A DNA stretch of 63,611 nt, counting the filler, from Octopus bimaculoides (Eukaryota), in the NCBI RefSeq assembly GCF_001194135.2. It is 9 parts of 9 records of this genome, joined end to end, with 100 filler letters (N's around TTAATTAATTAA, not from the genome) between each part and the next. Parts side by side here need not be neighbours in the genome. Positions count along the whole stretch, not along the records: positions 34,426 to 43,691 come from NC_068988.1; positions 43,792 to 53,393 come from NC_069004.1; 7 more parts are not named here. One strand, given 5' to 3'. The notes beneath the pieces were generated by a model. It was given only the letters and a program-made list of their open reading frames with translations, had not been told where the DNA came from and did not search any database. The translations under genes and the position numbers were made by a program. Positions 39,336 to 52,281 of this stretch are shown one piece after another; the first letter of the stretch is position 1; the number at the start of each line of letters is the position of its first letter.

Positions 39336-39848
39336 TACTGAAGTCGGAGGAGCTGCGAAAAAGAAAAGAAAGGAAGAACTGTGCAGTGGAATGGATTAAA
39401 AGCAGGAAGATGATTCTTAAAGGGACCGACGAATTGTTGCTTGTTGCTTTGAAACATATACGAGGCATATATCACGACTTAGGTTCTTCACATTTCCTTT
39501 ACAGAACTTCGAGTAATGCTTTTTGTTTTCCTGTCTTCCTATAGCCTGTAATTATTCAGTTTGGTGTCCTGAAATTAACGTCTATGGATCGTGCAAGATC
39601 CATGAAGTCCGATCCACGACCATAACACTCTACAAGCTGGCCGCAAGTAACATTGGATGCTGGAGTCTTCATTCCATAGAAAATGTACAATACAGGGGAA
39701 ATAACTCTTTTCAATGCTAAATTTGTAATTTGGCTGACTAAAAAATTAATTTTATTTTCCCCTCGCTTTGATGTGCTTTTCATAATCACTAGTAAACGCG
39801 GTATTTATTGCTATCCCTATTTCTTTGTTAAATGCTATTGATTTGGAC

Positions 39849-40087
39849 CAGTGGGTCTCAATCGGGATCCACGCAAGATTTTGTTGTTAAAGCTTAATTG
39901 GAATATATTGGTCATACGTGTACAATACGCAAAATATATTAATTCTTTTTATTACAATTCCTTATAATATTCATTTCTAAAAACATAATAGGATTTTTTA
40001 AAGCATCGGATGGCTATGAGGGTCCGCTTGAGTAAAATAAGAGTCAGAGGGAGCCATAGATAAAACAAAAATGGTTTAGAACCACTG
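39849..40087. mobile_element. hAT (Charlie-like) MITE
   Basis: TIRs CAGTGGGTCTCAA ... TTAGAACCACTG; 8-bp TSD atttggac (39841-39848) / atttagac (40088-40095). Confidence 0.8.
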
Positions 40088-41823
40088 ATTTAGACCTTGT
40101 TGCCCTTCACAGAACACTCCATCACTGGTCGTTGACGATTGCCCCGTCAACTGCCAGTCAACACCTATCAATTGAAGCTCCAACATTTTACCAAAGGAAC
40201 AACCGCTGCCCTCCGCTGATGACATTTGTAGGGACGGATTAGACATACAGCAGGCCCAGCCAGAACCTCCCTCGCGGAAATGCTTATTGAAGGTATTGTC
40301 AACGCTAACATCCCACGCACAGTGGCCAACTGTCTCATCCGCAATACGAATAGATGTTTGTGGCGTACGTCGTCTTCCAGACGGAAAGTTCAGATTTGGT
40401 GCATGTTCTATTGGCGGCGCAGTTGAGCACTTGCACACGCAAAGCATGTACGCTTCATTGGCCTCAAAGCTTTTAGGACGAATACTGATAAAGCCAGGAC
40501 GTCACGATTGCTATGAGAGCCACAAAATCAAATAACAGGACCTGCAAAACCAACAAAAATTGAACACAACCTATTAGTTAATTTTCCTATTCATACCAGC
40601 ACTCTTATAAAACTAATTTTCGTCACGCGCACGCGGGCTTTAGTCTGGAAGTTGAGGTTAGATTCTTGGCGAAAGAACTCTGGGGAATACCCCACAATTT
40701 ACGATCCCATGTTCACCACACGCCAACAACGTGGAGACTAACCAGTGCAGACAGTCTTCTTAGTGCTGCGAACCAAACTGATCTCGGATTACTCCCACTT
40801 TTTCTTAAAGGCATTTGCCTGCAAAATGCCAGTTTATTAAATGTTGTGTATGTGTGTGTGCGTGTATGCATGCATGTATGTATGCATGTATGTATGTCAT
40901 TATTCAGTTTATTTCAAGATTTCTTGTCAATAGACAAAGAACCGATTTCTAACCCCGATCCAAGGCTCCTTCATTGGAATTTCAGCATCAACAACAGAGT
41001 ATTTTTGCATGTATGTATGTATGTATTATGACTCTTTTAGTAACTTAAGTCAATGAACTTTGGCTATTGTGTAGCACCACCTTCAAGAATTACTCGCTGA
41101 TCAAATCGAATCCAGTGCTACATTCGATAAACTAATTGCCATACTTATTTTATTTCCCTATATTTTCATTTTTGTCAAGTTATATCGTGACCCCAAAAGT
41201 GGGACAATCTAGGACCATTGTTTCACAGTAAAAGACTTTGAAACCCAAACACACAGACGCAGCATCCGTTACATTTTGCAAACAAAAGCACCTTTGTTTA
41301 GATTCCCAACGATTCGTTGAGCGATCAGTTGTTCGTGTGGTGGCTGTAATGTTCGTGTAGTGTCACATGATGCTATCGTTGGTGTGAAGCTGGCTGTATA
41401 GACCGCGACCTTTGAGAAGCAAGATCTTCGCAACAGATAGTTAGTAGGACGTCGGAAGTTGCAGGCTGGAGCGTAGGGGTGGGTGTGTGTTTGCTTCTGT
41501 AGAGAGGATTCTACTTTTCAACGGCTATGGTTTATGTAACCACCCGAACACCGTAGTAGCACCGTGGGACACTACATAGGAATGACTATCAATAGTTTTA
41601 AAAGAAGATACATGTAGCATATGCACACCTTCAGGTTCAGAGTCAAAGAAAATCCACCTTCGCCGTCCCGCTTCATCTTGAGATTCCGAGATCATTGATA
41701 CAATCTCCTCAAGATCACTTGATGCATCGTTGATATGACTCCTCCTTAGTCCCCGAAAACTCTTAGTTGCCAACTCTGTCATCTTGAGAAATTGCACATA
41801 CTCTACCAACCTGTGTGTGGAGG

Positions 41824-41864
<41 letters not shown>

Positions 41865-41879
41865 TGAGCCTTTCTTTGC

Positions 41880-42160
41880 ACTTATAGCTAATGCCTTATA
41901 AGTAAATTTGGTCGATCGAAACTGTGTGGAAGCCCGCTGTATATACGTGTGTGTGTGTGTGCGTTTATCCCAACCGTACTGCTTGACAACTGGTGATGGT
42001 TTGTTTATGTCCCCGTGACTTAGCGGTTCAGCAAAGGAGATCGATAGAATAAATGCCAGACTTCGAAATTAATACTGGGATCAACCTGTTCGACTAAATT
42101 CTTCAAGGCGGTGCTCCAGCATGGACGCGTTTCAACGGCTGAAACAAGGAAAAGATAAAA
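41880..42160 (+). mobile_element. SINE family A, 3' half
   Basis: gcttgacaactggtgatggtttgtttatgtccccgtgacttagcggttcagcaaagg...aaggcggtgctccagcatgg. Confidence 0.78.
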
Positions 42161-42385
42161 GGCACAATTATACACACACACTAGCATACATGTATACATG
42201 AATGTGTGTGTGTGTGTGTGCGTGCGGGGGATGCTCGCATGTACACTTATCGTTTTAATGTAATAATGTACATCTCCACATATCTTTATAACTGCTTTTC
42301 GTAACATAGATGTGGTAAGATAAAAGACATCATCATCATCACAATCATCATCATTGTTATCACCACCCCAAAAAAAAAAACGATT

Positions 42386-42416
<31 letters not shown>

Positions 42417-42784
42417 CGACATCAAATTCGCCCATACCTTGTTTCGCACTCATCCACCTTCAAACGAATTCAGAATAACTTGCAATGCAAGTTTTATTAC
42501 AGCATTTCAAATATTCTACCCCCACCCTGCTGCTACTGCTGCTGCTACTGCTGCCATATATTCGAATAATCATCTCTCAATGTGTATCCGCTTTCAATCT
42601 GTTACCATCTCAGTAATGAATTTACAAGTTTAAATTAAAAAACCTCATTACAAAAGGAATGCTGTTCTCCTGAAATATAAATTTTTACTTTATATCTATC
42701 TTGGCAGAGAATATTCCTATCTAATGAAGAACGAACAATTAAAAGTTAAAAAGAGAGCGAAAGAGAGAGAGGAAGAGAGAGAGA

Positions 42785-42835
<51 letters not shown>

Positions 42836-42841
42836 TGAGAT

Positions 42842-42911
<70 letters not shown>

Positions 42912-43224
42912 TGTGTGTGTGTGTGTGTGTGAGGGAATTCTCAATGTATGAACGTGATACAATATTTAGATTTAGAAGTACTTCCGTTTCGCGTTTTGGG
43001 TCTTTTGTGTTTTTTTACTGTTTCGTTTGTTACAAATTCTACAAATAAAGATTGCTGCTTGTGGAATCTTTCTTCTATAATCTTTTACCTTTTACTCGTT
43101 TCTAGCATTAAACTGCGGCCATGCTGGGGCACCGCCTTGGAGATTCATTAGTCGATATTCATTGATAAGCAGAAAAACTGATATCTTGACCATCAGAAGG
43201 GGCAAGGGCTCAACGGAACAATAT

Positions 43225-43590
43225 CATCGTCTCTCGTGAATCATCATTCACCCTTTTCCCTATTTCAGTGTGAGGGTCTATGTCCGGAGACATCTCAAAG
43301 AAGCCTTCAATTCGGATTGCTTGGTCCGTACTGTGAATCCTAGAGGTGCTTTTGTGATGATTTGGGTAACCATATCACGGAATTCTCTAGGCCAGTGATT
43401 ATTTGGGTATTTTACCCGACCATGTGGTCATTTCTGTGATAAAAACATTGTTCCTTGATGGTAGCACATTTGGGGGCAACAAGTGAGGAGACGTTTCCTT
43501 CTATCATCGTCGCTGAAAGAGCTAAAGCAAGTTCTACACGAGGAATGGTGCAACATTTCTCTAACAACCTTACAGGATCTGTGCGAGTCA
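43225..43590 (+). pseudogene. Degenerate Tc1-type transposase fragment
   Basis: ESSFTLFP / RVYVRRHLKEAFNSDCLVRTVNPRGAFVMIW (Tc1 DES...PTVKHGGGSVMxW-like) and SSLKELKQVLHEEWCNISLTTLQDL. Confidence 0.7.
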
Positions 43591-43791
43591 CTCTCTCTGT
43601 CTGTCTGTTTCTCTCTCTCTCCCCATCCATCCATCCATCCATCCATCCATCCATCCATCCATACATACATACATACATACATACATACATANNNNNNNNN
43701 NNNNNNNNNNNNNNNNNNNNNNNNNNNNNNNNNNNTTAATTAATTAANNNNNNNNNNNNNNNNNNNNNNNNNNNNNNNNNNNNNNNNNNNN

Positions 43792-43824
<33 letters not shown>

Positions 43825-43859
43825 GTTAGTTAAGCTTATTGTATAAACAATTTAATTTA

Positions 43860-44217
43860 TGTCTCCATTTAATTTTCCGTTCATCAAAGGAGTTAATTAA
43901 AGTATTATCATTATTTTATAATATCTCCTTAAATTTATTAGTACACAACTTACAAAAATTACTACCTAAGATTTCGCCTTACAAACTATCTCCCAATTTA
44001 AAATGTACTTAATATTTTTTGATTTTAGTTCCCAAATATATTTACTAAGGCTAGTAGAATTAATCAAATTTCTGTTGTTAAAGGAATTCATGTGTTGAGC
44101 CACACGTAATTTTATTTTATTCGAAGTCGATCCTATGTAAAACTTATTTAGATTATAACCATTAAGTTTATTCCCGTCCATTAATGTCACTATAGATTTG
44201 TACACCACTTCCTTCAA
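43860..44217 (-). pseudogene. Penelope-like element GIY-YIG endonuclease relic
   Basis: VVYKSIV...[21 protein letters not shown]...[12 protein letters not shown]...[11 protein letters not shown], then after a frameshift GSNFCKLC (the CxLC motif typical of PLE GIY-YIG C-termini). Confidence 0.8.
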
Positions 44218-44249
44218 ATCACACATATGTATATGTGTGTGTATGTGTA

Positions 44250-44300
<51 letters not shown>

Positions 44301-44323
44301 GTATGCATATATGTATGTGCATG

Positions 44324-44354
<31 letters not shown>

Positions 44355-45102
44355 ATATATAAATCCTATTTTACTTATTGTAATAGTTATAATATGTAGT
44401 TATTAATTGTGTATTAATTAGTACGAAAATAGTTTTAGTGAATATTATAAATTAATAATTATTTTATATATATTATATATTTTATGTATTTTAGTCTTAA
44501 TTCTTTAGACTCTAAAATCACGTAGATTTTAAAATTTCCAAGAAATGCTTACAATACAGTTAATTCGTTATTACGAAGATTAGCTATATTTTNNNNNNNN
44601 NNNNNNNNNNNNNNNNNNNNNNNNNNNNNNNNNNNNNNNNNNNNNNNNNNNNNNNNNNNNNNNNNNNNNNNNNNNNNNNNNNNNNNNNNNNNNNNNNNNN
44701 NNNNNNNNNNNNNNNNNNNNNNNNNNNNNNNNNNNNNNNNNNNNNNNNNNNNNNNNNNNNNNNNNNNNNNNNNNNNNNNNNNNNNNNNNNNNNNNNNNNN
44801 NNNNNNNNNNNNNNNNNNNNNNNNNNNNNNNNNNNNNNNNNNNNNNNNNNNNNNNNNNNNNNNNNNNNNNNNNNNNNNNNNNNNNNNNNNNNNNNNNNNN
44901 NNNNNNNNNNNNNNNNNNNNNNNNNNNNNNNNNNNNNNNNNNNNNNNNNNNNNNNNNNNNNNATATATATATGCGCACGTGTATGTGTGCGTATATATTG
45001 CTTTGTTTATATACATATATGCATATATATTACATGAGTATGTGTATGTATGCAATGTATGTATGTATGTATGTAATGTATGTATGTATGTATGTATGTA
45101 TG

Positions 45103-45427
45103 CAATGGCAGATTGGCCACGTTGCCAGCTTACCCGATGGCAAGTGGGCCCTGCAACCTTTGAATCCATATATGGGGGCCCATGATAGTATCTAAGGGGC
45201 CCATCCCAAGTTTGAGAATTTATTTATTCACTCCTGGAAGAATGCATAAATTATTTCTGCCTGGTTGTATTTGTAGACAGTTGAAAAGAATACTTTAAAC
45301 GAAAATTGAATTACTTTTAAAGAAAATTAAATGATAGCATTGTAGTTGCGGGTGGGCCTTCTTGTAGTTGCGCGTCGGCCCCCTTAGTCTCCTGGCACCC
45401 AATATTTTTAGACCCAGTCTGTCACTG
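45103..45427. mobile_element. hAT-like MITE inserted in (TATG)n
   Basis: Imperfect TIRs CAATGGCAGATTGG / CCAGTCTGTCACTG (reverse complement CAGTGACAGACTGG); tatgtatg flanks both ends (8 bp, but within a microsatellite). Confidence 0.65.
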
Positions 45428-45532
45428 TATGTATGTATATGATGGACTCTCCCGTCGAACGAGCTACACAAATGATTTGTTTATAATGATCAAATGTTCG
45501 TACCGCATATTAGCTCACTCTCTCCATCAAAT

Positions 45533-48500
45533 GTCATCACCTTTTCCACATCCTGAAAGAATGATAGCCTCGATAACCTCTGACATCATTTTCTTTATCA
45601 CCATTGCAAAGTCTTGCTGGTTCCATATTGCGGAGTAGCATTACAGGAGTTCCAGCTTTAAGTGCTAATATGTGGGGAGGTAGTTCAGGAAGATAGTTCA
45701 CTACTTTTTATTTGGAATTGTATCAAAAGACTTGTAAGTGTGAAGAGTGCCGGGAAGAGAATGCATTAGGTGTTGATTTATTTTTTTAACAGCGACGTCT
45801 TTTGGAGCTAATCACGCAGCCAATTGCGATTTTGGTAGTTTTCTGTGAAGTTGGGAACGACTTTGTGTTTGAGCTCATCTACAGAATTAACAACAGAGGA
45901 AAATGGCGAAACTTCCATTTTTCCTGAAGCGTCGAGAGGCACCTTCTCCTCACCAAGTGTCAAAATGTCTTGTGCAAACTTTGTGGACATTTGGTCACCG
46001 TGTAGCCGAGCTCTCATGTTAGTGGTAATATTGAGGATCGTAACATGATGCCACAGGGTAGAGGACTTTAGGTATGCTTGGACCTCATTTTCTCTAGTGC
46101 CTTTCGGAATGACAGGAAGAGTTTGCCTGAAATCACCTGACAACAGAAGCGTTACACCTCCCATTGGAGCTTGACAGTCTCGGATGTCTTTCAGAGCTCT
46201 ATCTAATGCTTCCAAAGCTCCCATGTGAGCTATAGTACACTCATCCCAGACAATTAGATGACACCTTTTAAGTACCTGCCCCTGATCTGAGCTTTTATTG
46301 ATGTTGCATGAAGGCATTTCCAATGCTGCTAAATTGAGAGGGAGTTTAAAAGTCAAGTGTGCCACCAGGTAACAAAGTAGCTGCAATCCCAGAGGAAGCC
46401 ACAGCTATTGAAATGTCCTGGTGCTACCTAACTTCTGCCAGGAAAAGCTTTGTAATAAATGTTTTCCCTGACCCTCCAGGAGCATCAAGGACGAAGATTC
46501 GTCCCTCGCGTTGGCGTGCACTGTTAAGAATAGTTCTGTAGGCCTGCAGCTGGTCCGGAAATAATTTAGGCTCATTTTCAACAATGCACTTTGAAAGCAC
46601 TTGAGTGTCGTAGGATGTTTCACGAATGACAGCAGTGGGAAGGCTATTTGACCCTGACCTGAATGTTTGTGGCAGGCCATATGTGGACAATTCATTTCCA
46701 CCCAGTGTAGCAATTCCGTCTTCAATGTCAATGAGAGTTTTGTTATAGACTTCATTGCTGATACTCTCCACTTCAGGATAAAGCAGTTGAGCTTGCCTCT
46801 TAAAGTCTTCAGCCAGGTTGTCTCTGTATTTGAGCCATAGAATGGCAGGATCACACAGTTCGCATATCTGTAGCAATACTGCAAATAGTGCCCTGAGACT
46901 TTTAGGTGATTCTGATAAAGCAGCCTCTCCCAAAGTTGCATCCCATTGTGCACCATCTTCGAACAGACCTTGTCGATAGCAGGCTTCTCTGTATGTTGTG
47001 CAGACATGTCCATGAACGGTTTTTAGGGTCTCTAAACATGTTGGCCTTCTGACCTCATGCAGTAGTAGGCGGAGGTAGAAGCACTCTTGTTGAGTGGGAT
47101 GCATTGTGTATACTCGCCCAAGGCAAGTGTCAAACTTAATGCCAGGCTATCCATGAACATTTTGATCTGTTTTCCTTGGGACCCATTTTTTCCATTCCAA
47201 GTGTAGTACGATTGAATCTGTAGATACAGCATGGTTTGAGCAAATAGATCAACTTGACAAAGTTTGAAGAATGCAGTGAGTGTGCTATCCCTTTGTTCCT
47301 CCGCAAACAGAGAAGCATTAGCATGGGTGAAGTACACTCTTTGACCGTTTTCCAGGTGCACTGCAAGCTTTGAATAGCGGGGTGTCATTGGTGAAGTGGA
47401 AAGCCAAAGATGCGTCAGAAAGCCTCGTTGCTTCTTATGTACCGTCCCACCTGATAGTGCGTCACCTCATTCTGGCAGTATTCTTGTTGAAGTCCAACCA
47501 TTGCAGCGTCAGAACCCTTGTTCACATATTTACAAACGTACTTTATGGACTTAACGGAGTTGCAAAACTCAACGTTGATGTGGGCATTGAAAGTCTTTGA
47601 CAGGAGTGGGCAGTAGGGAACAACCCATCTATTATCAACCTCGTGCTGTCCGATAGTTGCTGTGAAACTGCCGTCTTCTGGTTTTCTCTGTCTGTATGAT
47701 AGATACCCAACAGCACCTGTCTGAGTTTCTTGTAGGAACCTCCTTGGAAACCTTTTTGAACATAAGCTGTCTTTCAAGCATGGTGAGTTTATGTTCAATC
47801 CACACTCACATGGACCATACACCATGTTTGCTTTAACTATTTCGTATAGTACTTTGTCTAAACCTGGATCAGGAAGCTCTGCAGAGATTATCTTGTCGAT
47901 GTTAGTAGATTTGATCTTCGTTGAGAGCCAAAGTAGGATATGAGCATGTGGAAGGCCCTTTATTTTGCCATTTGATTGNNNNNNNNNNNNNNNNNNNNNN
48001 NNNNNNNNNNNNNNNNNNNNNNNNNNNNNNNNNNNNNNNNTCGGATGATGAGGTCATGCCTGTCTTTAGGCTTTTGACCGAAGAGTTCGGCCTGAATCTC
48101 CTTCCACTTGGGATTGCATGTGAAAGTTATGAACAGGTCAGACCTGCCGTAATGGCGGACAAAAGTCATTGCATATATCATGCATATATCGGGGACTTCC
48201 AGTGAATGTGGAAGGCAAGATGCAAATTTTTCCTATGCTTGTTGGAGCAGCATCTTTGTAGTTGGCATCTCGTAGATGGATGTAGCTGTCAGAACGCATT
48301 TTTTTTTTTTTTTATGTGACCTGATGAAACAATCTCTCTGATTCCATTTTTGCGCACATATCGACTGCAAATTTATGAAACAACTCTCGAGACTGGTGAA
48401 AATGATTACAGCAGGTTTTTCGGGTTATAAATCGGAATGAGTAGAAGTCCATGCAGAATACTGGATTGTTGAGATGTTCATTACGATTCGAGGGATGTTA

Positions 48501-49101
48501 CTGTCGGAGACCGATGTGGTAGTCATCCTCACCGTTAACAAACAGAAGTGGATATTGAAGTGTATCGTAGGATCGGTGTGTTTCATTAATTCGTTGGAGG
48601 GTGGTGTTACGTCGCCTAAGGACAATGTATCTGGGATTGTGCTGTTCACCGTGAAGGAGTACAGCTATTTCATTGCTTGTAGGTGCATTGTAACGGCCTG
48701 CATGTTCCTTAGATGGTCTTTTCTGGGCATTAATGGTAACATTAAAATTTGGTCTTGCAGTTGCATTATCAAGTGAAAGTTAGTGCCACTGGAAATGGAG
48801 TTCCGTCGGGAGGCTTGTTCATGTAAATTACCTACAAAGTACAGTTGAAGGAACTGAGAATCTTGATTTTCAGCAGGTTCGAGCGATCCTATCCTATGGT
48901 AAATCTGTCCCTGCAGTTTGAAAGTTGGTATAAACCCGCCTTCTTGAACATCATAAACACCGAAAGATGTCATTGCACAATTGTACTTCCGGATGTTATT
49001 GAGGAAATGTTTCGACTCTGTAGTTGTGCCAGCGTAGAGTGACTTAAACAGCTGTGGTGGATCGTGCAGCAGAGTGGGGTTAACTTTTCCATTAGCGCAT
49101 T
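45533..49101 (-). mobile_element. Helitron Rep-helicase pseudogene (multiple frameshifts and stops, 3' truncated)
   Basis: In order: CANGKV..., MTSFG..FKLQGQIYHRIGSL, DLFITFTCNPKWKEI, GLPHAHILLW (HUH), NRWVVPYCPLL, SVKSIKYVCKYVNKGSD, LAVHLENGQRVYF, FYLRLLL, DAPGGSGKTF (Walker A), IVWDECT, LLSGDFRQTLPVIP and GCGKG. Confidence 0.93.
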
Positions 49102-49111
49102 ACGGAAGTAA

Positions 49112-49733
49112 GGAATTATTTTGAAAGAAGTGAAAACGTAAAAATTAGGAGTAGGGACAGGGAATTGAAAATGAAAGATTATTTTTGCATAGTTGGAATG
49201 TCCGTGATAGAAAACATAGGAATCCGCTGGAAAAGAGAGAAAGAAAAGTGTTGTGAGTTGATATGCAGGTGTACTTGTAAATATGAACCGATTTGGTTGG
49301 GCTGCATGAGAGTGTAGGAATGGTTATAGGTAAGTTGGTAGGTCTGCAGGTCCACATTAAGGAAGAATAAAAAAAAGTATCGTTAAATTTTAGTGTGTAT
49401 ACGGGCACGCATTTCAGTAAGGAAAATTGAAAAAAGTGGGAGTCTTTTCGCTGGGTATCAAGTACCCTGTTCCCCAATTCTTAATGAAAGAAATTGAAAA
49501 TGTAAGAAATTGACTGATTGCTCGGCGCCCGCATTAGGGAAGAAGTTTGGAATTATTTTGGAAGAAGTGAAAATGTAAAAATTAGGTGTTGGGACAGGGA
49601 ATTGAAAATGAAAGATTATTTTTGCATAATTGGAATGTCCGTGATGGAAAATATAACAATCCGTTGGGAAAGAAAGAAAGAAAGAAAGAAAGAAAGAAAA
49701 GTGTTGGGAGATGATATGCAGGTGTACTTGTAA
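49112..49733 (+). repeat. Direct duplication of about 170 bp (49112-49280 and 49549-49733)
   Basis: Both read ggaattattttg.aagaagtgaaaa.gtaaaaattagg...gatatgcaggtgtacttgtaa. Confidence 0.85.
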
Positions 49734-50083
49734 CCATTAACCAATTTGGTTGGTACTTGTAGCACCTCGTGCTAATACTGAACAGGTATTTACGAGAAGC
49801 CCTTACGTGGTAGCAGCGCGTGCTAGAAATAGCAGTGAAATGTTTCATATTGATGCAATTTACAAACGTAAAAGGTTACATACCGAATTCAGCAAAATGA
49901 ATGAATGTGCTTTAGTTGATCAGTATTGCTTTGATAGAGCAATGTTGTGAAAGACAAGACGAGAGAAATGGTAAGAGGAAAGAAGACAGTGATTATGAAT
50001 TGCGTTCCGAATGTTGTTTGCCTGGACATGAATTCTGTCGTATTTATGAGAAAGCAGACAGCTAGAAGGATGAAGATATTAAT

Positions 50084-50282
50084 GGTGCTATAGTGGTGTG
50101 GGATTGTCTGAAGTCTCTTTACGCTAGGAAAGTTAGAGGTGAAGTAGATGACAATATATTTCACTTGACAATGTTTTTGAGATTACGGTTTAGTGGTGCT
50201 ATAATCGTGTGGGGTCGTTTCAACTCTCAGTACGCTAGGAAGGTTAGAGCAGAAGTGGATGACAATATATTTCACTTGACAA
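50084..50282 (+). repeat. Tandem duplication with a period of about 111 bp
   Basis: ggtgctata...tacgctagga.agttagag..gaagt.gatgacaatatatttcacttgacaa at 50084-50171 and 50195-50282. Confidence 0.85.
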
Positions 50283-50592
50283 GGTAGCATCTGGTTAATG
50301 TCTGTTACCATCTTCCATTGTCTCGTCGTGAGAAATAAGTTTTACTTGCCTGTCGTGATAATGAAATGAGAATGAGATGTAAGGGGACAACGTTTTTGAG
50401 ATTCCGGTTCGAATGTAAGGCAGGTCTGAAAGGGTTCCCAACAGCTATTAGTAGCATTGGTAGAGTGTTTATGACGAATATGCATGTATGCATGTATGCA
50501 TGAAGTAATAGTTTCACTATAGAACGTATTAAACTGAAAATATCTCACATTGCAATAGAAAGATATTATTGTTTTACTTTGACACGTAATAC

Positions 50593-51055
50593 TGAAATAG
50601 TGGAAGAAATAAGAGATTGCTCTGGGCTCGCATTAGGCAAGAAGTTGCACGGACCGTAAATAAAGCCTGCGTAAAATTTGAATGAAATCGGTTGGGTAGT
50701 GTGGTATGACGTCAGAAACTGGGGAGCTAACCGCTGACCGGAACCGTGTACTGACCGGAACCGTGTACTGACCGGAACGGGGAGCTGACCGGAAGAGGAA
50801 GAGGGGAAGAGGGAGCCTCGATTGGGATTTCGTGACTTTTCGGGCGGGGTTGTTGTGACGAGAGGACGTGCTAAGGGATCGTCTAGGTGTTGAGAGAAGC
50901 AGCTGCTATTTCTAGCGTTCTTCGGGTCGGGCCAGCCGCGAGGATCGGATACTGCAGGACAGACTCGTGCGACCACAGGACAGACTCGTGCAAGGGAAGG
51001 AAAACGAGGTAAGCCGATTACTTCTACTCGTACGCTTACACCACAAGCTATTTCA
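50593..51055 (+). mobile_element. Putative 5' LTR
   Basis: TG...CA termini with 8-bp inverted ends TGAAATAG / CTATTTCA; internal short tandem repeats (ctgaccggaaccgtgta, caggacagactcgtgc); lies 25 bp upstream of the gag ATG. The second LTR was not seen. Confidence 0.55.
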
Positions 51056-51080
51056 GCACCACGTGTAAAACTTCGCCGCG

Positions 51081-51403
51081 ATGGCAGCTAAGATCAGTAT
51101 CGCCAGCGACGTGATCAAGCTTTTAATGGCGAGGGCGATGTAATGGCCTGGATGCGAAAGATCAGGCTTGTGGCGAGACTGCAAAGGATAAGCGATGTGG
51201 CAAGTCTTATGGCGCTATACTTGGAAAGAAGCGCCCTGACCCTGTATTTAGAGATGGACGAGGAAGAGAGGTTAAGTGCGGAGAAGATTGAGAGAGGCAT
51301 ATACGGAGAGCGAGTATGCCGCCTTTGTTAAGCTGGGAACTGTTAGATGGGGGGAACAGGTGGACGAATACGCGGCGGAGGTGCGTAGGCTGGGCATGCT
51401 GGC
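51081..51403 (+). pseudogene. Retrotransposon gag N-terminus, frameshifted
   Basis: MAAKISIASDVIK / FNGEGDVMAWMRKIRLVARLQRISDVASLMALYLERSALTLYLEM / RRLREAY...GEQVDEYAAEVRRL in shifting frames; runs into an N gap. Confidence 0.75.
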
Positions 51404-52281
51404 NNNNNNNNNNNNNNNNNNNNNNNNNNNNNNNNNNNNNNNNNNNNNNNNNNNNNNNNNNNNNNNNNNNNNNNNNNNNNNNNNNNNNNNNNNNNNNNNN
51501 NNNNNNNNNNNNNNNNNNNNNNNNNNNNNNNNNNNNNNNNNNNNNNNNNNNNNNNNNNNNNNNNNNNNNNNNNNNNNNNNNNNNNNNNNNNNNNNNNNNN
51601 NNNNNNNNNNNNNNNNNNNNNNNNNNNNNNNNNNNNNNNNNNNNNNNNNNNNNNNNNNNNNNNNNNNNNNNNNNNNNNNNNNNNNNNNNNNNNNNNNNNN
51701 NNNNNNNNNNNNNNNNNNNNNNNNNNNNNNNNNNNNNNNNNNNNNNNNNNNNNNNNNNNNNNNNNNNNNNNNNNNNNNNNNNNNNNNNNNNNNNNNNNNN
51801 NNNNNNNNNNNNNNNNNNNNNNNNNNNNNNNNNNNNNNNNNNNNNNNNNNNNNNNNNNNNNNNNNNNNNNNNNNNNNNNNNNNNNNNNNNNNNNNNNNNN
51901 NNNNNNNNNNNNNNNNNNNNNNNNNNNNNNNNNNNNNNNNNNNNNNNNNNNNNNNNNNNNNNNNNNNNNNNNNNNNNNNNNNNNNNNNNNNNNNNNNNNN
52001 NNNNNNNNNNNNNNNNNNNNNNNNNNNNNNNNNNNNNNNNNNNNNNNNNNNNNNNNNNNNNNNNNNNNNNNNNNNNNNNNNNNNNNNNNNNNNNNNNNNN
52101 NNNNNNNNNNNNNNNNNNNNNNNNNNNNNNNNNNNNNNNNNNNNNNNNNNNNNNNNNNNNNNNNNNNNNNNNNNNNNNNNNNNNNNNNNNNNNNNNNNNN
52201 NNNNNNNNNNNNNNNNNNNNNNNNNNNNNNNNNNNNNNNNNNNNNNNNNNNNNNNNNNNNNNNNNNNNNNNNNNNNNNNNN

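Noticed and set aside
49819-49832. GCTAGAAATAGCAG (related copies at about 13160 and, inverted, at about 50903) resembling the engineered Cas9 sgRNA tetraloop
   Set aside because: Only a 12-14 nt GNRA-type hairpin with no flanking scaffold, spacers or cas genes; coincidental or repeat-derived.
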